The notes under the pieces: generated by a model | Told to the model about the DNA's origin: nothing | What the model saw: only the letters and a program-made list of their open reading frames with translations | The model's database searches: none | Assembly (NCBI GenBank): GCA_964016885.1 | Contig: OZ024743.1 | Location: 221,898,001-221,962,000, forward strand | Direction of reading: 5' to 3' | Source: Eledone cirrhosa | Lineage: Eukaryota | DNA length: 64,000 nt | In this document: piece by piece, positions 23,231 to 37,300 of the stretch | How positions within the stretch are numbered: position 1 is the first letter of the stretch | How the letters are laid out: each line of letters begins with the position of its first letter | Program-made: the position numbers and the translations under genes

Positions 23231-24095
23231 TCTATATATCTAAAATAGAGAATGTCTGTCTGCCTGTCTGTCCCCCTAAAACTCGAGAACCACCCAACCG
23301 ATTTTTTTCAAACTTTACACATGTAATACTTATGGTCGTGTGATTGTTTTGAACAAAGAATATTTCAAATTGTTAACGCCCTAGGAACCGCATTAGGCGA
23401 AAAACCGCATAGTTTAGGCTTTAAAAGCTTTTTTGAGGCATAACGGAACAATAATCCAGGCGATTTCTTCAAAATTTGCATTACTTATGTCGTTTAAAGT
23501 GTTTTGAGCAAAAACGATTTTCTCATTTTTGGGCCCAGGGACCGCATTAGACGAAAAATCGATTTTTTGAAGCATTTTGGTTGCGTTAGGGCCTGTAACT
23601 CGAGAAGTACCCAACCGATCTTTTTAAAACTTTGCATATGCATTACTTATATTTCACAAATTTTCTTGACTGAAAAAGATTTTAAATGTTTGCCCGGGGT
23701 CCGCATTGTTTAGCATTTTGGTTGCGTTAGGGCCTGTATCCTTAAAAGTATCCAACTAAATTCCTTCATCCTCTACACCACTGCAGTCCCACATGCTTAC
23801 TGCTCTGTAACTATTGCTTTCATTGTACCATAGCACAACAAATACATGTTAGGTTTGTCGAATGCCTTTTTACTTGACCCTATCGTCTTGGCTTTCGTGA
23901 GTTGAACATTTTACTCTCAGGCACCAAATTAATTTAAACCCGTGGTAATCTACGACGATTTTTTTTATAAGCACAAAATGTAGACACCATCCCCAGGCCG
24001 AGGTATTCCGTACTTCTTTGTACTGTTTCAGAAAGGAGGGGTAAACATGCCAATCTATGTTTAGAATCCCGAGCAACGCCAGGCCATTCTGCTAG
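23231..24095 (+). mobile_element. Non-autonomous Helitron
   Basis: 5' TC(tatatatc...gtctgtctg); 3' cccgagcaacgccaggc...ctgCTAG, matching the 3' end of the Helitron at 34318-34343. Confidence 0.75.
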
Positions 24096-24374
24096 CTAAT
24101 GATAACACTGAAGTGAAACCAACTGGTACGTGTGTTTTTACTGTCAACATAACACTTCCAAATATAACAATATCTTACAAAACAAATACAAAAACGATCT
24201 ACATTTGAAATACTTTATTTTATGTTACTTTGCTTTCTCTAAATTCATATGCAGTCTATTTTATCAGCAATGAAAATCATTAATCATTTATTCTCGTTTT
24301 CTTTTTTCTGTCTGGAGTTAATATCATTTTTATGACGATTATTTTATCATCGAATCCACATTAATGTTTTAGGT

Positions 24375-24750
24375 GCATGCATTGCTTTGTGGTTAAGCAA
24401 TTCGCTTCGCGAATACTTAGTTCTGGCTTCAGTCCTGCTGCGTGGTGTCTTCTACTAGAGCCTCGGTTTGAGCAATGCCGTGTGAGTGGAATGTGGTAGA
24501 CGGATACGGCAGAAGACTGTCGTATATGTGGGTGGGATCGTCCGTCCGTCTCTCTGTCCGTCCGTATTTATGTTTACGTTTGTGTCTAGGCCTGAATTTT
24601 GTCCGGAGACATAGTAGATCGACAAAAATGAGATCGATAAAATAAGTACCAGGCTTGAAAATATCAATCCTGGGATTGATATGATCGACTAATCAAGGCC
24701 CTGCCCCAGTCACTATGGTCGCAGTCTAATAACTAGAACTAATAAAACAC
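24375..24750 (+). mobile_element. Old tRNA-derived SINE of a second family
   Basis: tgtggttaag head; gatcgataaaataagtaccaggctt core shared with family S. Confidence 0.45.
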
Positions 24751-25148
24751 TAAAAGTATCTCCATTTAACTGATTTATTTGACTACCATTGACCATTATT
24801 AATCAATTTATTGTCTACCTAAACAACTTTTCTTTTAAACATCATGAGACATTTAAATGTGAACCTATCATTAGAGAACAGCTTACCAACAACACCACAT
24901 TATTTTCTTTTGAAAAAAAAAGGTTCTAACTTCGAAATATAATTAAATATAAGGCTAAAATTCCTCATAACGGCCGATAGCAGCTTCTTTTCCCGTCTTT
25001 TCAGAGTCTTCACCCTATTTTATAAGGCATTTTATAGCATCGATGTGCTTGAGGACATCATCCTTTATACTTATATATATATATATATATATAGCGGCGA
25101 TGAATTAGTTTAGCGAGGTTTTTTATATGAAATCGTGTGTCGAAACAA

Positions 25149-27218
25149 ATATTGTTATACTTGGGGAGGGTCATATTTTTGTAATATTGCCAGAATTAAT
25201 AACAGAACACACTCACTGTTTGGTTGGTTTTCGCTTCTCGCTGTCTTTTATATCTGCGATCTAACTTAATCGGTCCTCAATGTTGCCATTGACTGACCGA
25301 CGGTCAAAAATAATACAGATACAATATAGACACAAACACATATATATAGTTTACATAATTTACAAAACTACCCTAAAGGGCCACATATTTAAGTTCAATG
25401 AGAAAATCTACACCCAAAATGAGGGAGCAGCCATCGGCGTCAGCATAGCTGGTGATGTTGCCAACCTTTTCATGGTATGGTGGGAAAGGAGACTTAAAGA
25501 TCTCCTTAATGAAAGCGCCATAGACCTCATCATGTACTCTCGTTATGTAGACGATATCAATATAGTTATAAGAACACCCCCACTAGAGAGCACTAACAAG
25601 TTTGATTTAGAACGTAGCACGATGGAAAGCATCCAGCAGATAGCTAATTCCATACACCAGAGTATAACTGTAACTATCGACTTCCCTTCCAAACACCCTA
25701 ACAATAGACTACCTGTATTAGACATAGAACTCTGGATTTGCACTATAGACGAGAGAGCCCAAATTCTCCACTCACACTATGCTAAACCCATGGCCTCCAA
25801 ATACCTGATACTCAAAAACTCAGCAATGTCCAGTAGTGCTAAGTTTAATATTCTGATCGCAGATTTGGTACGAGTGATGAAGAATGTGTCCAGCATGTGC
25901 GACCCAACAGAAATGTAAAGACACATCCAACACTTCATCAACCGCATGCAGTTCTCTAGCTACAACCAAAGAGACAGAGTCAGAGTATACGAAGGAGCCA
26001 TGGAAAAGTATAAGACCCTCATAGAACTGGACATGAAAGGAATTTTCCCATTATACAGGAGCAAATCATGGAATAGCTTAGATAGGGCTAGACATAAGAT
26101 AGGGAAGGCCACATCATGGTACGACAACCAAAGATATCAGAGTGTCATGTTTGTGGACGCCACCCCTGGAGGGAAATTAGCTAACCAGTGTAGAAAGGCC
26201 CTGAGAAAGACCCACTTAAACATAAAGGTGGTAGAAAAGCCAGGAACCACCATAAAATCCCTGATCAGCAAAACCTACCCTTTTAAGAAAACCCACTGTA
26301 ACAATAGGAAATGTATCATATGTAAGGTGAACCCCCGGATAAACTGTAAAACTAGAAACGTAGTCTATAGCATAAGATGTACAGAGGGTACTTGCAGAAA
26401 CATGACAACAACATACATAGGCGAAACAGCTCGTAGCATAGGTGAAAGGATAGACCAACACTGGGGGGAACTAAAAGGACGAAAAAACGGGTCAGTACTA
26501 TATGAACATGCTAGACAACAACATGACGGTAACATAGACAACATAGAAATTAGAATAATATCTAAACATAGGAATGACCCAGCAGATAGGCAAATCAGAG
26601 AGGCCAGTGAAATAGAAATTAGAAGACCAAAGCTAAACAGAAAGAATGAGTGGAATAACAACAACACCCAAACAAACAACACTGACCTAAGAGAAGTATA
26701 AATAAGTAAATAAAATTAAATAAAATAAGATAAATAAATACATACACAAGCACAATAACAACAAGCACATAAACACACACTAGTCACCCAGCAGACACAA
26801 CACTATACACACTAGTCACGCAGCAAACATAACGCTATACACACACGCAAACGCATGCGCAAAGAATACAAAATAAAATAAACAAACAAGCAAATAAATA
26901 AATAAATATATAGACAGACTGAATAAAAAATCGCGTAGACATACAACACAACAGGAGGAAAAAATATAACACCACTGACGATGTTGCAGATGTGCAACGA
27001 AAGATTTATGTAAATTATGTAAACTATATATATGTGTTTGTGTCTATATTGTATCTGTATTATTTTTGACCGTCGGTCAGTCAATGGCAACATTGAGGAC
27101 CGATTAAGTTAGATCGCAGATATAAAAGACAGCGAGAAGCGAAAACCAACCAAACAGTGAGTGTGTTCTGTTATTAATTCTGGCAATATTACAAAAATAT
27201 GACCCTCCCCAAGTATAA

Positions 27219-27224
<6 letters not shown>
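25149..27224 (+). mobile_element. Penelope-like element A, 5'-truncated, with an inverted 216-bp copy of its 3' end
   Basis: RT (EGAAIG, YSRYVDD) and GIY-YIG (NVVYSIRC...YIGETARSIGERIDQH) in ORFs 25280-26701; 25149-25364 is the reverse complement of 27009-27224. Confidence 0.92.
26971..27012 (+). ncRNA. Hammerhead-like core in the PLE A pseudo-LTR
   Basis: CTGACGA-t gttgca gatg tgcaac-GAAA; stem I/III pairing weak; homolog with CTGATGA at ~45027-45058 (-). Confidence 0.55.
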
Positions 27225-27255
<31 letters not shown>

Positions 27256-27417
27256 GGGAGAGAGAGAGATAAGTATAAAGGATGATGCATATGTATATAT
27301 ATATATAAAGAGTCGGAATCCGACGGCTGAGCTCTTTCCATTTCTACAGCTCTCTCTTTCTCTCTCTCTCTATCTATCTATCTCTATCTCTCTCTATCTC
27401 TCCCTCCCTCCCTCTCC

Positions 27418-27473
<56 letters not shown>

Positions 27474-27542
27474 ATCAAGCGTTAACCTAATATATCCCTT
27501 CCATATACTGTACCGATTGTGTTGTTATTTCTGTTTACCTTT

Positions 27543-27593
<51 letters not shown>

Positions 27594-27685
27594 AAAGTTA
27601 TATTTAAATTGCCAAATCAACCTCACAAATGCAAGGTGATTGAAAGGTATGTCGTATCTATCTATTTATAAGACTGTTTATATTG

Positions 27686-27751
27686 TATTTTGTCTGAAGA
27701 TGGCATAACATATTGTTAATATGATATCCCTGAAATATATATAACGAAATA
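27686..27751 (+). ncRNA. Minimal type I hammerhead in a ~200-bp (TA)n-embedded element
   Basis: tattttgt-CTGAAGA...GAAA-tatata-TA-acgaaata. Confidence 0.7.
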
Positions 27752-27788
27752 AATATGGTTTTATAAATATAGTTTCCATTTATTTAAT

Positions 27789-27833
<45 letters not shown>

Positions 27834-28343
27834 TCGGCGCTTAAAAGTCCGAGAATTCGGCTACATGCATTGTTTAAACTTGTTTCTTTTTCTAATTCTT
27901 ACCCTACCCTACTCCAGTTTTCACTCTTGTATTCTACCAGCTTTCCCAATGCAATCTTAACCACGTATTTCATAACATTCACTGTTTAAAAAAACATATG
28001 TTGTTTGTTTGTTGGTTGGTTTCTTTGTTTTTGTTTTGTTTGTTTGTTTGTTTGTTTGTTGTTTGTTTTTTTAACAAAGTAATATGATAGAAATAATTTT
28101 ATTTTTCCTTTGGGCAGAAATTAATGATTAGCAGTTACATTGTTATTGTTCCCAATCAAGAGATGCTGGAATGCACTCATTGCACTGAAACTACCCTGGC
28201 ATTGCTCAAATATTTGCACTATAGTTTATGCTCATGATTTATAAATACAATCAAAATTTGTACTTTTACAAGAAACTCGTTACTCTTTTAAGTCACTGCT
28301 CTACCTACGTGAATAAATATATGTTTGTATGTATGTATGTATG

Positions 28344-28395
<52 letters not shown>

Positions 28396-28546
28396 CGTGT
28401 GTATACATGTTATATAATACATTAATGTTATATACATGTTATATAATGTATTAATATATATACATGTTATATAATATATTAATATGCGTGTGTGCATTTG
28501 TGTATATTACATGCACCTATATATATTACAAATATGCGTGTATGTA

Positions 28547-28584
<38 letters not shown>

Positions 28585-28585
28585 A

Positions 28586-28664
<79 letters not shown>

Positions 28665-28805
28665 TATATATAAGCAAATAGATATTTAATTTGTTGGTTA
28701 TTCAACAAATTTATTCATAACAGATTCGAAGCACTCTACAGGATTCTTCTGGAGTATAATATAAATGACATTAATACATGGAAACTATCTTTATAAAACC
28801 ATATT

Positions 28806-28866
28806 TATTTTATTATATATATTTCAAGGGTACCAAAATGTTGGTACGTGCTCATCAGATAAAATA
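28806..28866 (-). ncRNA. Minimal type I hammerhead, homolog of 27686-27751
   Basis: tattttat-CTGATGA-..gtacc..ggtac..-GAAA-tatata-TA-ataaaata on - strand; shared downstream aaatatggttttataaa.atagtttccat. Confidence 0.75.
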
Positions 28867-28928
28867 CAAAAATTGTTTTATAAATATTGACATATCCAGA
28901 AACAAGATTTTCGTTTTAAGTTCATTTT

Positions 28929-28990
<62 letters not shown>

Positions 28991-29846
28991 GCTAGTTGTC
29001 TGCTCAATACAAAGCTTGACCACTCCAGTGTACATGATGCTCAGTTCTAGCATGAAATCTTATGTGGCTTTTTAGACTAGACATACTTTTAAAAAGCCGT
29101 CCACATAAATTACGTATTCTTATTTTTTTTTTTAGTTCTTTAACAATTATATGCAGTGTCTTCCGTTAGAAATATAGTAACTGTCTAAGCTAATGGCATG
29201 ACATGAACCCGTAACTCCTGATAGAGTCATAGGGCCACTGTATTGTTATACGGTGTTTCTTGGGCGTTTTTAGCCTGGTGGAGCCCATCTTCTCTCTAGG
29301 TCTAAATACATCAGATTTATTCCAGAGAAGGGATAGAAAGTGAGAGACAGGAAATGAGAAATAGATATATAAAAAAAGAATCGACCCCAGTACTAGACTG
29401 GTACTTTTTTGTCGACCCCGAAATGATGAAAGGCAAAGTTGAACTCAAAGAGCTGAAACGAATACCGCAAAGCATTTTATCTAGCGACTCTGCCAATTCA
29501 CCACCTTGTCTAAGCTAATATATTGATGCAAAAAGAAATACTTTAATTAGTTACTTAAAATAGCACTAGATAACCGATGTTTCCTGGATTAATAAAATAA
29601 CCTAAAGAAATGAGAGAAGTCATTAAAAATTATAATTATTTCAGTCTTTTCTATTCCACATCGAATAAAATGTTCCTTACACAAAGAGATGTATTTAGTC
29701 TGAGGGCATATTGAAGTTGAAACTGCATGTTGAAAAGCCTAGCGCCGGCGAAGCAAAAGAACGAATGCAAAGCATATATTTGTGTGTATGCGTGTATATT
29801 TGTGTGCGTGCGCGGCGCGTTTATGCGTTTATGTATGCACAGATGA

Positions 29847-29942
<96 letters not shown>

Positions 29943-29944
<2 letters not shown>

Positions 29945-30060
29945 TATTAAAATAACAGATTAAAGTTTAAGCAAAGAATCGCTGCATTAGTTTCAGAAGA
30001 TCCCGTTAAGGGTGAAAGCAGCGATTCTTTGCTTAAACTTTAGTCTGTTATTTTAATAAA
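29943..30060. repeat. 43-bp inverted repeat enclosing an HHR-like core (mini tail-out PLE-type insert)
   Basis: 29943-29985 vs 30018-30060; loop CAGAAGA-tccc gttaa gggt-GAAA; same tail at ~47335-47460 and ~54642-54770. Confidence 0.75.
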
Positions 30061-30145
30061 TATTTGCTCTACGGTTCTTATATATCTGATATATATTTAT
30101 CCTTATCGAGCCCTCTTTGGATTTTAGTCTTCAAATTTATTATTT

Positions 30146-30224
<79 letters not shown>

Positions 30225-30226
<2 letters not shown>

Positions 30227-33200
30227 ATATATAACGGTAGATGTCTGCCTGTGTGTGTGTGTATGATTTTTATGCATTTCGACATTTCTCTACCGATTTT
30301 GATGATTTTGTTCCCAATGTACTCCAAATTTATCAGGGCAGGTCAACACGTAATTATTTTTGCCAAATATTTCCTGCTTCCATAAAAAAAGTCGATAAAA
30401 CTAAATACATGCTGTAACCCTCTCCCTTACACGCTTCATTCTTCTCACTACTACTATCAAAAATATATAAAACTACATACATGCTGCAACTCTCTTTAAA
30501 AGGTTCATCCTTTCCTCTACTCCACTCTCAATCTCCTCTGCAACTCTCTTTAAAAGGTTACTGCCTCCGTCTACTACCCTACAATTTAAAACAACGACAA
30601 AACTTCTTTTGGAGGTAAGCAACACATCGATTTATACAACAACCATAGCTTTACTCTCTCCGTCGCTCTTCCCTCTCTCTACAATACATTATTCCCCCTC
30701 TCTATAATTTAACTGCTTTACTCTCTTTATGCTTCGAGGTTTAACACTAGCTTCACTCTCTCCGTCGCTCTTCTCTCTATATATAATAGATCATTCCTCC
30801 TCTTCGTTCGGGAACGCGAAAAAAACTTTGATAACTAAGCGACACTCATACATCAAATATCAAAATTTAAAAAGCCGATAACACTAAATACATACTGCTC
30901 TCTCAACGTTACATTTTACACACTTACATTTTACATCAAATAACAAATATTCACCCCCTCTCTATAATTTAACTGCTTTACTCTCTCTGTCGCTCTTCAC
31001 TCCCTATATGACAACACTGCAGTGGAGCGTTCCGTATTGAGCGTTCCGTATTGACATACGGCTTATCTGGGGCATTTTTAATCGGCTTATTGCAAATAAC
31101 AACCCGCAAAATAACACTTCATATAACAGATTAATGCTATAGACATATGAATCGGAATGTAACCCGTGAACTTTTTCCTGGGCAAAATTATTCGAACAGA
31201 CATGACCTCATTGCCACAGTATTCAGACTGAAACTGGCTAAACTCATGGGTTTAATAAAAAAAGGTCAGGTATTTGGGGCTGTAAAATGTGACATGTTCA
31301 CTGTCGAATGGCAAAAACGAGGGCTGCCACATGCTCACATTTTGATTTGGTTAGCTGATAAAATCAATTCAAATGCCATAGACATCTTCATTTCGGCTGA
31401 AATCCCTAACCCAGCAACTGACCAGGAATTACATGACATCGTCAAAGCTAACATGGTCCGTGTGCGTCGGGTCCTAATGAGCATCACACGTGTCTGAAGG
31501 GGGGTCGTGCAGTAAGGGATACCCCAAAAAATTTTTTGACCAGACTCAGACTGGTGGCGACGAGTACCCCCTGTACAGGCGGAGACGGCCCAAGAAAGGT
31601 GGCTTCACCACAACAGTAAGGGGAGGTCAAGTCGACAATAGATGGGTGGTCCCTTACTGCCCGCTTCTCTTGAAGATGTTCAACGCCCACATCAACGTTG
31701 AGTTTTGCATCTCCATCAAGTCGATAAAATACATATGCAAATATGTAAATAAGGGCTCTGATGCCGCAATGTTCGCATTTCAAGCTAAAAATAGCAGGGA
31801 CGAGGTCACAGAATACCTGGCGGGGCAATGAAACTTTTTGGTGCCTATCTAGTTTACCCCTACACCAACGTCACCCCGCCATCGTACAGCTTGAGGTACA
31901 TTTGGAAAATGGGCAAAGGGTTTACTTTACGGACCAAACCGCCGCCAAGTTGGCCGCCGATCCAAAAGAAACCACTCTGACGGGTTTCTTCAAACTTTGC
32001 CAGTTCGATACATTTGCGCAAACAATTGTGTACTTCCAGGTTCTATCCTACTTTATATAGTCGAAAAACACTTGGGTGCAAAGAAAGTCAGGTCAGGCTG
32101 CTGAAATACATCCTGGTGTAAAATTTGACAGCTGTCTTGGAAGGGTTTACACTGTGTCCCCAAGTCAGCATGAGTGCTTTCATCTCCGCCTTCTTCTGCA
32201 TGAAGTTGTAGGCTCACAAAGTTTTTAGGACCTCAAAACTGTTGATGGAGAAATATGTGATACGTACCGGGAAGCCTGCTTTAAGCGTGTCTTTTGGAAG
32301 ATGATTCGCAATGGGATTCCACTTTAGCAGAGGGTGCTTTGTTGAAATCACCTAAAGGTCTACGGGAACTCTTTGCCATTTTGCTTCAAAAGTGTGAATT
32401 GGTGATCCCAAATATTTATGGATCAAGTACAGAGACTTCATGTCTGAGGACTTCCTGCGCCTAGCTCATCTGCAGTATACTTCAGTGGAAGTTGGTTACA
32501 GCGACATTATCTACAACAGGACACTCATTGATATCGAGGACGCCCTCCTCGATATGGGTCAGAGTGAGTTGGCGACGTATGGCTTGCTGTCAACCGTCAG
32601 AGAGGAAGCTAACACGTTGGCCCCGGATTTGTTGCGGGAAACAGCATATGACATCGAATCTCTTTCCCAATACTTAGAGGAAAATGAGCCCAAACTTCTG
32701 TTGGCCTATTTAACTATCATTGACACGGTTCAAAATCAGACTGGGGTATTTACTTTCTCCATACTCCTGGGGGTACCGGAAAAACTTTTGTAACGAAATT
32801 GATTCTCGCTAAGATTCGTCAGGAGAAAAAAATTACGTCGGCCGTTGCATCGTCCGGGATCGCTGCTACTTTGCTGCCGGGAGGCAGGACAGCACATTCA
32901 ACCTTTAAACTCCCCTTAGATTTAGTAAAAACTGAAACACCAACATGCAATATCAGCAAGAGTTCGCACGAAGCTCTGGTTCTCAAAAAATGTTGCTTCA
33001 TTGTGTGCACAATGACACACAAGGGTGCCCTTGAGGCATTGGACGGGACCCTGAAAGACATTAGGGATTCTACAGCTCCTATGGGTGGCGTAACCCTTCT
33101 GCTATCAGGGGATTTTCGGCAAACGCTGCCTGTCATACCCAAAGGGACAAGAGCTGATGAAGTGCGTGCCTGCCTTAAGTCGTCCATGTTGTGGTTCTAG

Positions 33201-34343
33201 GTGAAGAGTTTGTACCTGAGCACAAATATACGTGCTCATTTGTATGGTGACAACATGTCTGCAGCATTTGCTCAGAATATTTTAGCACTTGGTGAGGGCA
33301 AGGTCCCTGCGGATGACAAGGGCGGCATAGCAATCGACTCCCTGTGCAACATTGTGAGCAGCTCTTCTTACCTTTGGGAAGCAGTTTTTCCTAATGTCTC
33401 ATCTACCTTTAAAAACCTCGATTGGCTCAGCGAAAGAGCCATCCTTGCTCCGAAAAATACCATGGTTAATTTTATTAACGAGCAGCTGATTGAGAAGTTT
33501 CCCGGTAAAGAACACATCTTCAAATCTATCGACCGGACGTCAGACTTCGACGATATCGTTAATTATCCGGTTGAGTTATTAAATTCCCTTGAGCCCCCAG
33601 GGCTCCCACCTCACATTCTTAAGCTTAGGGTTGGCTGTCCCATTATGCTAATAAGGAACTTGCGTCCACCAAAGCAGTGCAACGGTACTCGCATGGTCGT
33701 CAAGTCACTGACGCCCCATTTGATTGAGGCCACCATTGTAACGGAGTGCGGGAGAGGGGAGAATGTTTTCATTCCAAGGATGAACCTTTTCCCCTCGGCG
33801 TCAGATATCCAGTTCGATTTCCGGCGATCCCAATTCCCGGTGAGACCATGTTTTGCCATGTCCATTAACAAGTCACAAGGGCAAACATTGTCGGTGGCGG
33901 GCATCCATTTGGGGGAGCCATGCTTCTCCCATGGCCAACTTTATGTTGCCTGTTCCCGCGTAGGGAGCAGGAATGGACTTTTTGCTTACACTCCTCAAGG
34001 GATGACACGCAATATCGTCTACAAAGAGGTGCTATAGATGTTGGTGCAGGTGGTGGAGCTATACCGTCTGGAAAACTGGTAGGGTCACCCATAGCGGACA
34101 GATCTGACACCCAGCGGCATCAGGGCCACCATCTTGCAACTTTGGTCTACTAAATTCGCTATTGGAAGATTATTAACCTATCATTGATTGTCCAAAATGC
34201 TAATTGGTTCGTAACTATTAATAACCGGTTCAACTGCTTTATGCACTTAATTGATAAGCTTATGCGCTTTCAAGCTACGTTTACCTGCATGTAACTTTTC
34301 ATAGCAAATGAACAAACCCGAGCAACGCCGGGCTAAACTGCTA
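30225..34343 (+). mobile_element. Decayed, internally deleted Helitron (Rep + Pif1-like helicase)
   Basis: VEWQKRGLPHAHIL, KYICKYVNKG, GTGKTF (frameshifted), VASSGIAATLLPGGRTAHS, GDFRQTLPV, FAMSINKSQGQT, HGQLYVACSRV; 3' cccgagcaacgccggg hairpin. Confidence 0.92.
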
Positions 34344-34349
34344 AACTGC

Positions 34350-37300
34350 TTTTTTTTAATAAACGTGATTTGATTGGTTGTAAATGAAATTTAGCTGTCA
34401 CGTGAACAAGTTTTCATTACATTTTCGCGCCCTTATTTGGAAATCTATTCTGTAGCCTTTATAGAGAATGTTATGACAAGGAAAAGATAGTGGTCAAGAG
34501 AAATGGGATGGGAGAATTGTTCTGGTTCAGTGAATATGGTTAGTTCGCTGGGGTGTCAGAGTTCAGATTTTCTATTGAAGTAAAGATATGTATGTTTATT
34601 TGTGTGCTTGTGTGTGTGTGTGTGTATGTGTGTATTGGAAGATGATTCTATTAGTAGAAATGGGGGAGGGAGTTGTGTGTGTGTGTATATGGGTGTTATG
34701 TGTGTGTGTGCGAGTATGTTAAGATGGAGAGAATATATATTTTATGTGTGTGTATATATGTGTGTAGGAAAGTGGTTCTATTAGTAGAAATGGGGGAGGG
34801 AGTGTGGGTGTGAGGGTTGTTATGTGTGTGTATGGGTGTTATGTGTGTGGGAGTATGGTTAGCATGTGAAGATGAAGATAATATATATATATATATATTG
34901 TGTGTGTGTGTGTGTGTAGGAAAATGATTCCTTTAGTAGGAATATTTTTGAATGAACATATTTTCCTTACTTATTCGTATTTGTTCTGTTGTATTGTCAG
35001 TGCAAACGTATGTTAAGGTTTATTTAGTTCGGGTTTTTATTTTCTAAAGTATAAGGTGTTATGTGTGTGTGTGTATGTCATGTTATGGTGTTGACATAAT
35101 GTATATTAAACCATATTTAATGCTGGTCTATATTTTTGAATAAACATATTTTCCTTATTTATTCGTATTTGTTCTGTTGTATTGTTAGCGCAAAGGTAAA
35201 ATGGGAAGACTTGGAATTTGGGTGTCTTATTACTTGCGCATATGTCTAGATGTGCACTTAGTGGTATCTGTCTCGTGGTTGGATCTCGTAATTGTTGGCG
35301 ATAAACTGTCATTCTGTTTCTGAGTGTGAGTTTAGTTTGTCCTATATAATCTTCATTGCATCCTTTACATTTAATGGCATAAATTAGATTTTTTGATGAG
35401 CAAGTGAAGTGATTTTTTACAGTAAAATTTTGTCCTGATTTAAATGTATACGTATTGCCTTCAATGAGGTGAGTGCAGGTTCCACAATTAGAGCGACCAC
35501 ATATTTTGATACTTGGTTGTGGGTTTGTGGTAGGTAATTTGGCATTGGTGAGTAATGTTTTCAGTGATTTTGGTTGTCTTTTGCTTTTGATTATTTTGTG
35601 TGTTTCAAGGGCTTTTTTCATTCTTGGGTTTTATTTTAGTAGTGGGATGTTCTTGTGAATAGTGTTGTAAGCTTCCGCATTTCTTGGGTTGTGTGTTGAG
35701 ATATATGATAGAATATTGGACGTACCTTGAATTTGTTTCTGTTTTCGTAATTCATCAATGCCTATTGCTTTAGCCCTTTCTATTCCATTATTTATTAGTA
35801 ATAGTGGGTACTCTCTCTCGAATAGAATTTCCTTTAATTCTTGAAGTCTTTTATTTCGCGTTTCATAATTGGAGACAATTGTGCAAATTCTTCTTGCTAG
35901 GTTAAAAGGAATGTTCGTCTTCGTGTGCTTTGGATGGTTGGAGGTGAATAGCAGATATTGTTTGGAATCTGTTGGTTTGTAGTGTATGTCAGTTTCGATA
36001 TTTGCGTCTTTTTTTAAGATTAAGATATCCAGAAATGGGAGTTGATCTTGGCTGTATTCCATTGTGAATTGGATGTGGTTATTGATGCCGTTTATTAAGT
36101 TTTTGAAATCCTTCAGTTGGTCGAGTGTGTGGGAACAAAGAATGAGACAATCATCCAAGTAACGTTTCCAATTCTCTGATAAATATTTGTGGAAGTTCAA
36201 TCCGTATTTTGATTTGGACTGTTCATATATCTGGACTTCTAAGTATGCCATGACTAAGTTGGCATAAGTTGGAGCGGCTTTTGTACCCATCGCAGTCCCC
36301 GATATTTGCTTGTAAGTATTGCCATCGAAATCAAAAAAGTTGTTCTGTAAGATGAATTTTAATCCCTCGGTGATGAAGCTTTTTTCTATTCTGTCAGGTA
36401 TCTCATTGGGATATTTCTCTAGCCAGAATCCTATTGCTTCTAGTCCGTATTGGTGTGGGATCGTTGTGTAGAGATTCACTACATCGAAAGACACAATAAT
36501 AGTGTCGTTGTTGACATGTTTGGGGAGGTGGTTTAAGAGGTCCAGATCGTCTCTTACAAGGCTTGGTATGTGTTTGAGAATTGGTTTCAGTAGTATGCCT
36601 ATAAAGTTGCTCAGTCTGTGTGTTTCACATTGTGGGCCCGCTACAATTGGTCTTAATTTTAAGGTCTGTGGGGTATAGTGTGTTCACGCAGGCTGAGGTG
36701 GATTGTTTACAGGCATCGTTAATTATTTTACACTTGTGGATCTTCGGAAGTCCGTAAAGGTTGCTGGTTTTGTATTCAAAATTTGTTAAATAATCGCGTT
36801 CCTTTTTAGTTAGGTCTTCCTGGTATCGATAAACCAGTGTGTTTAATCTGGTCATTATTTTTGATTGCTGGTAGTTTTTTACTCTTTCATAGTAATTTGT
36901 ATTTTGTAAGAGAGAGAACATGGAATTTTTATATTTTTCAGCCTCCATAATGACAACAGTACTTCCCTTGTCCGCTTCCTTAATTATATTGTCCGTATTG
37001 TTTTTTAGTTCATGGATAATCTCCCATTCCCTTCGACTCGTGTTGGGTTTGGGTTTAAGTTGCGGTAGTTCATGGTATGGGAAGGTAGCTATGTGGTCAC
37101 AAAATTTGTCCAGAACTCTGTTTCTACCTTTTGTTGGGTTGTAGCTGCTTTTATTCCGTACAATTGATTCGTCGTTATTCTCCTTGTCAAAGAATTTCTC
37201 TGTGAGACGTAATTTTCTACAGAAGTGTGAGATATCGTCATTTATCTCATTGGGGTTAGAGTATTGTGGTGTTGTTGTGAATTTCAGTCCTTTGGAGAGA

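Noticed and set aside
25280-25364. Shared N-terminus MLPLTDRRSK in ORFs 25280 and 27093 as a real protein start
   Set aside because: Chance reading through the inverted pseudo-LTR
32799-34037. Host PIF1 helicase gene
   Set aside because: Linked to HUH Rep motifs and a Helitron 3' end; many stops
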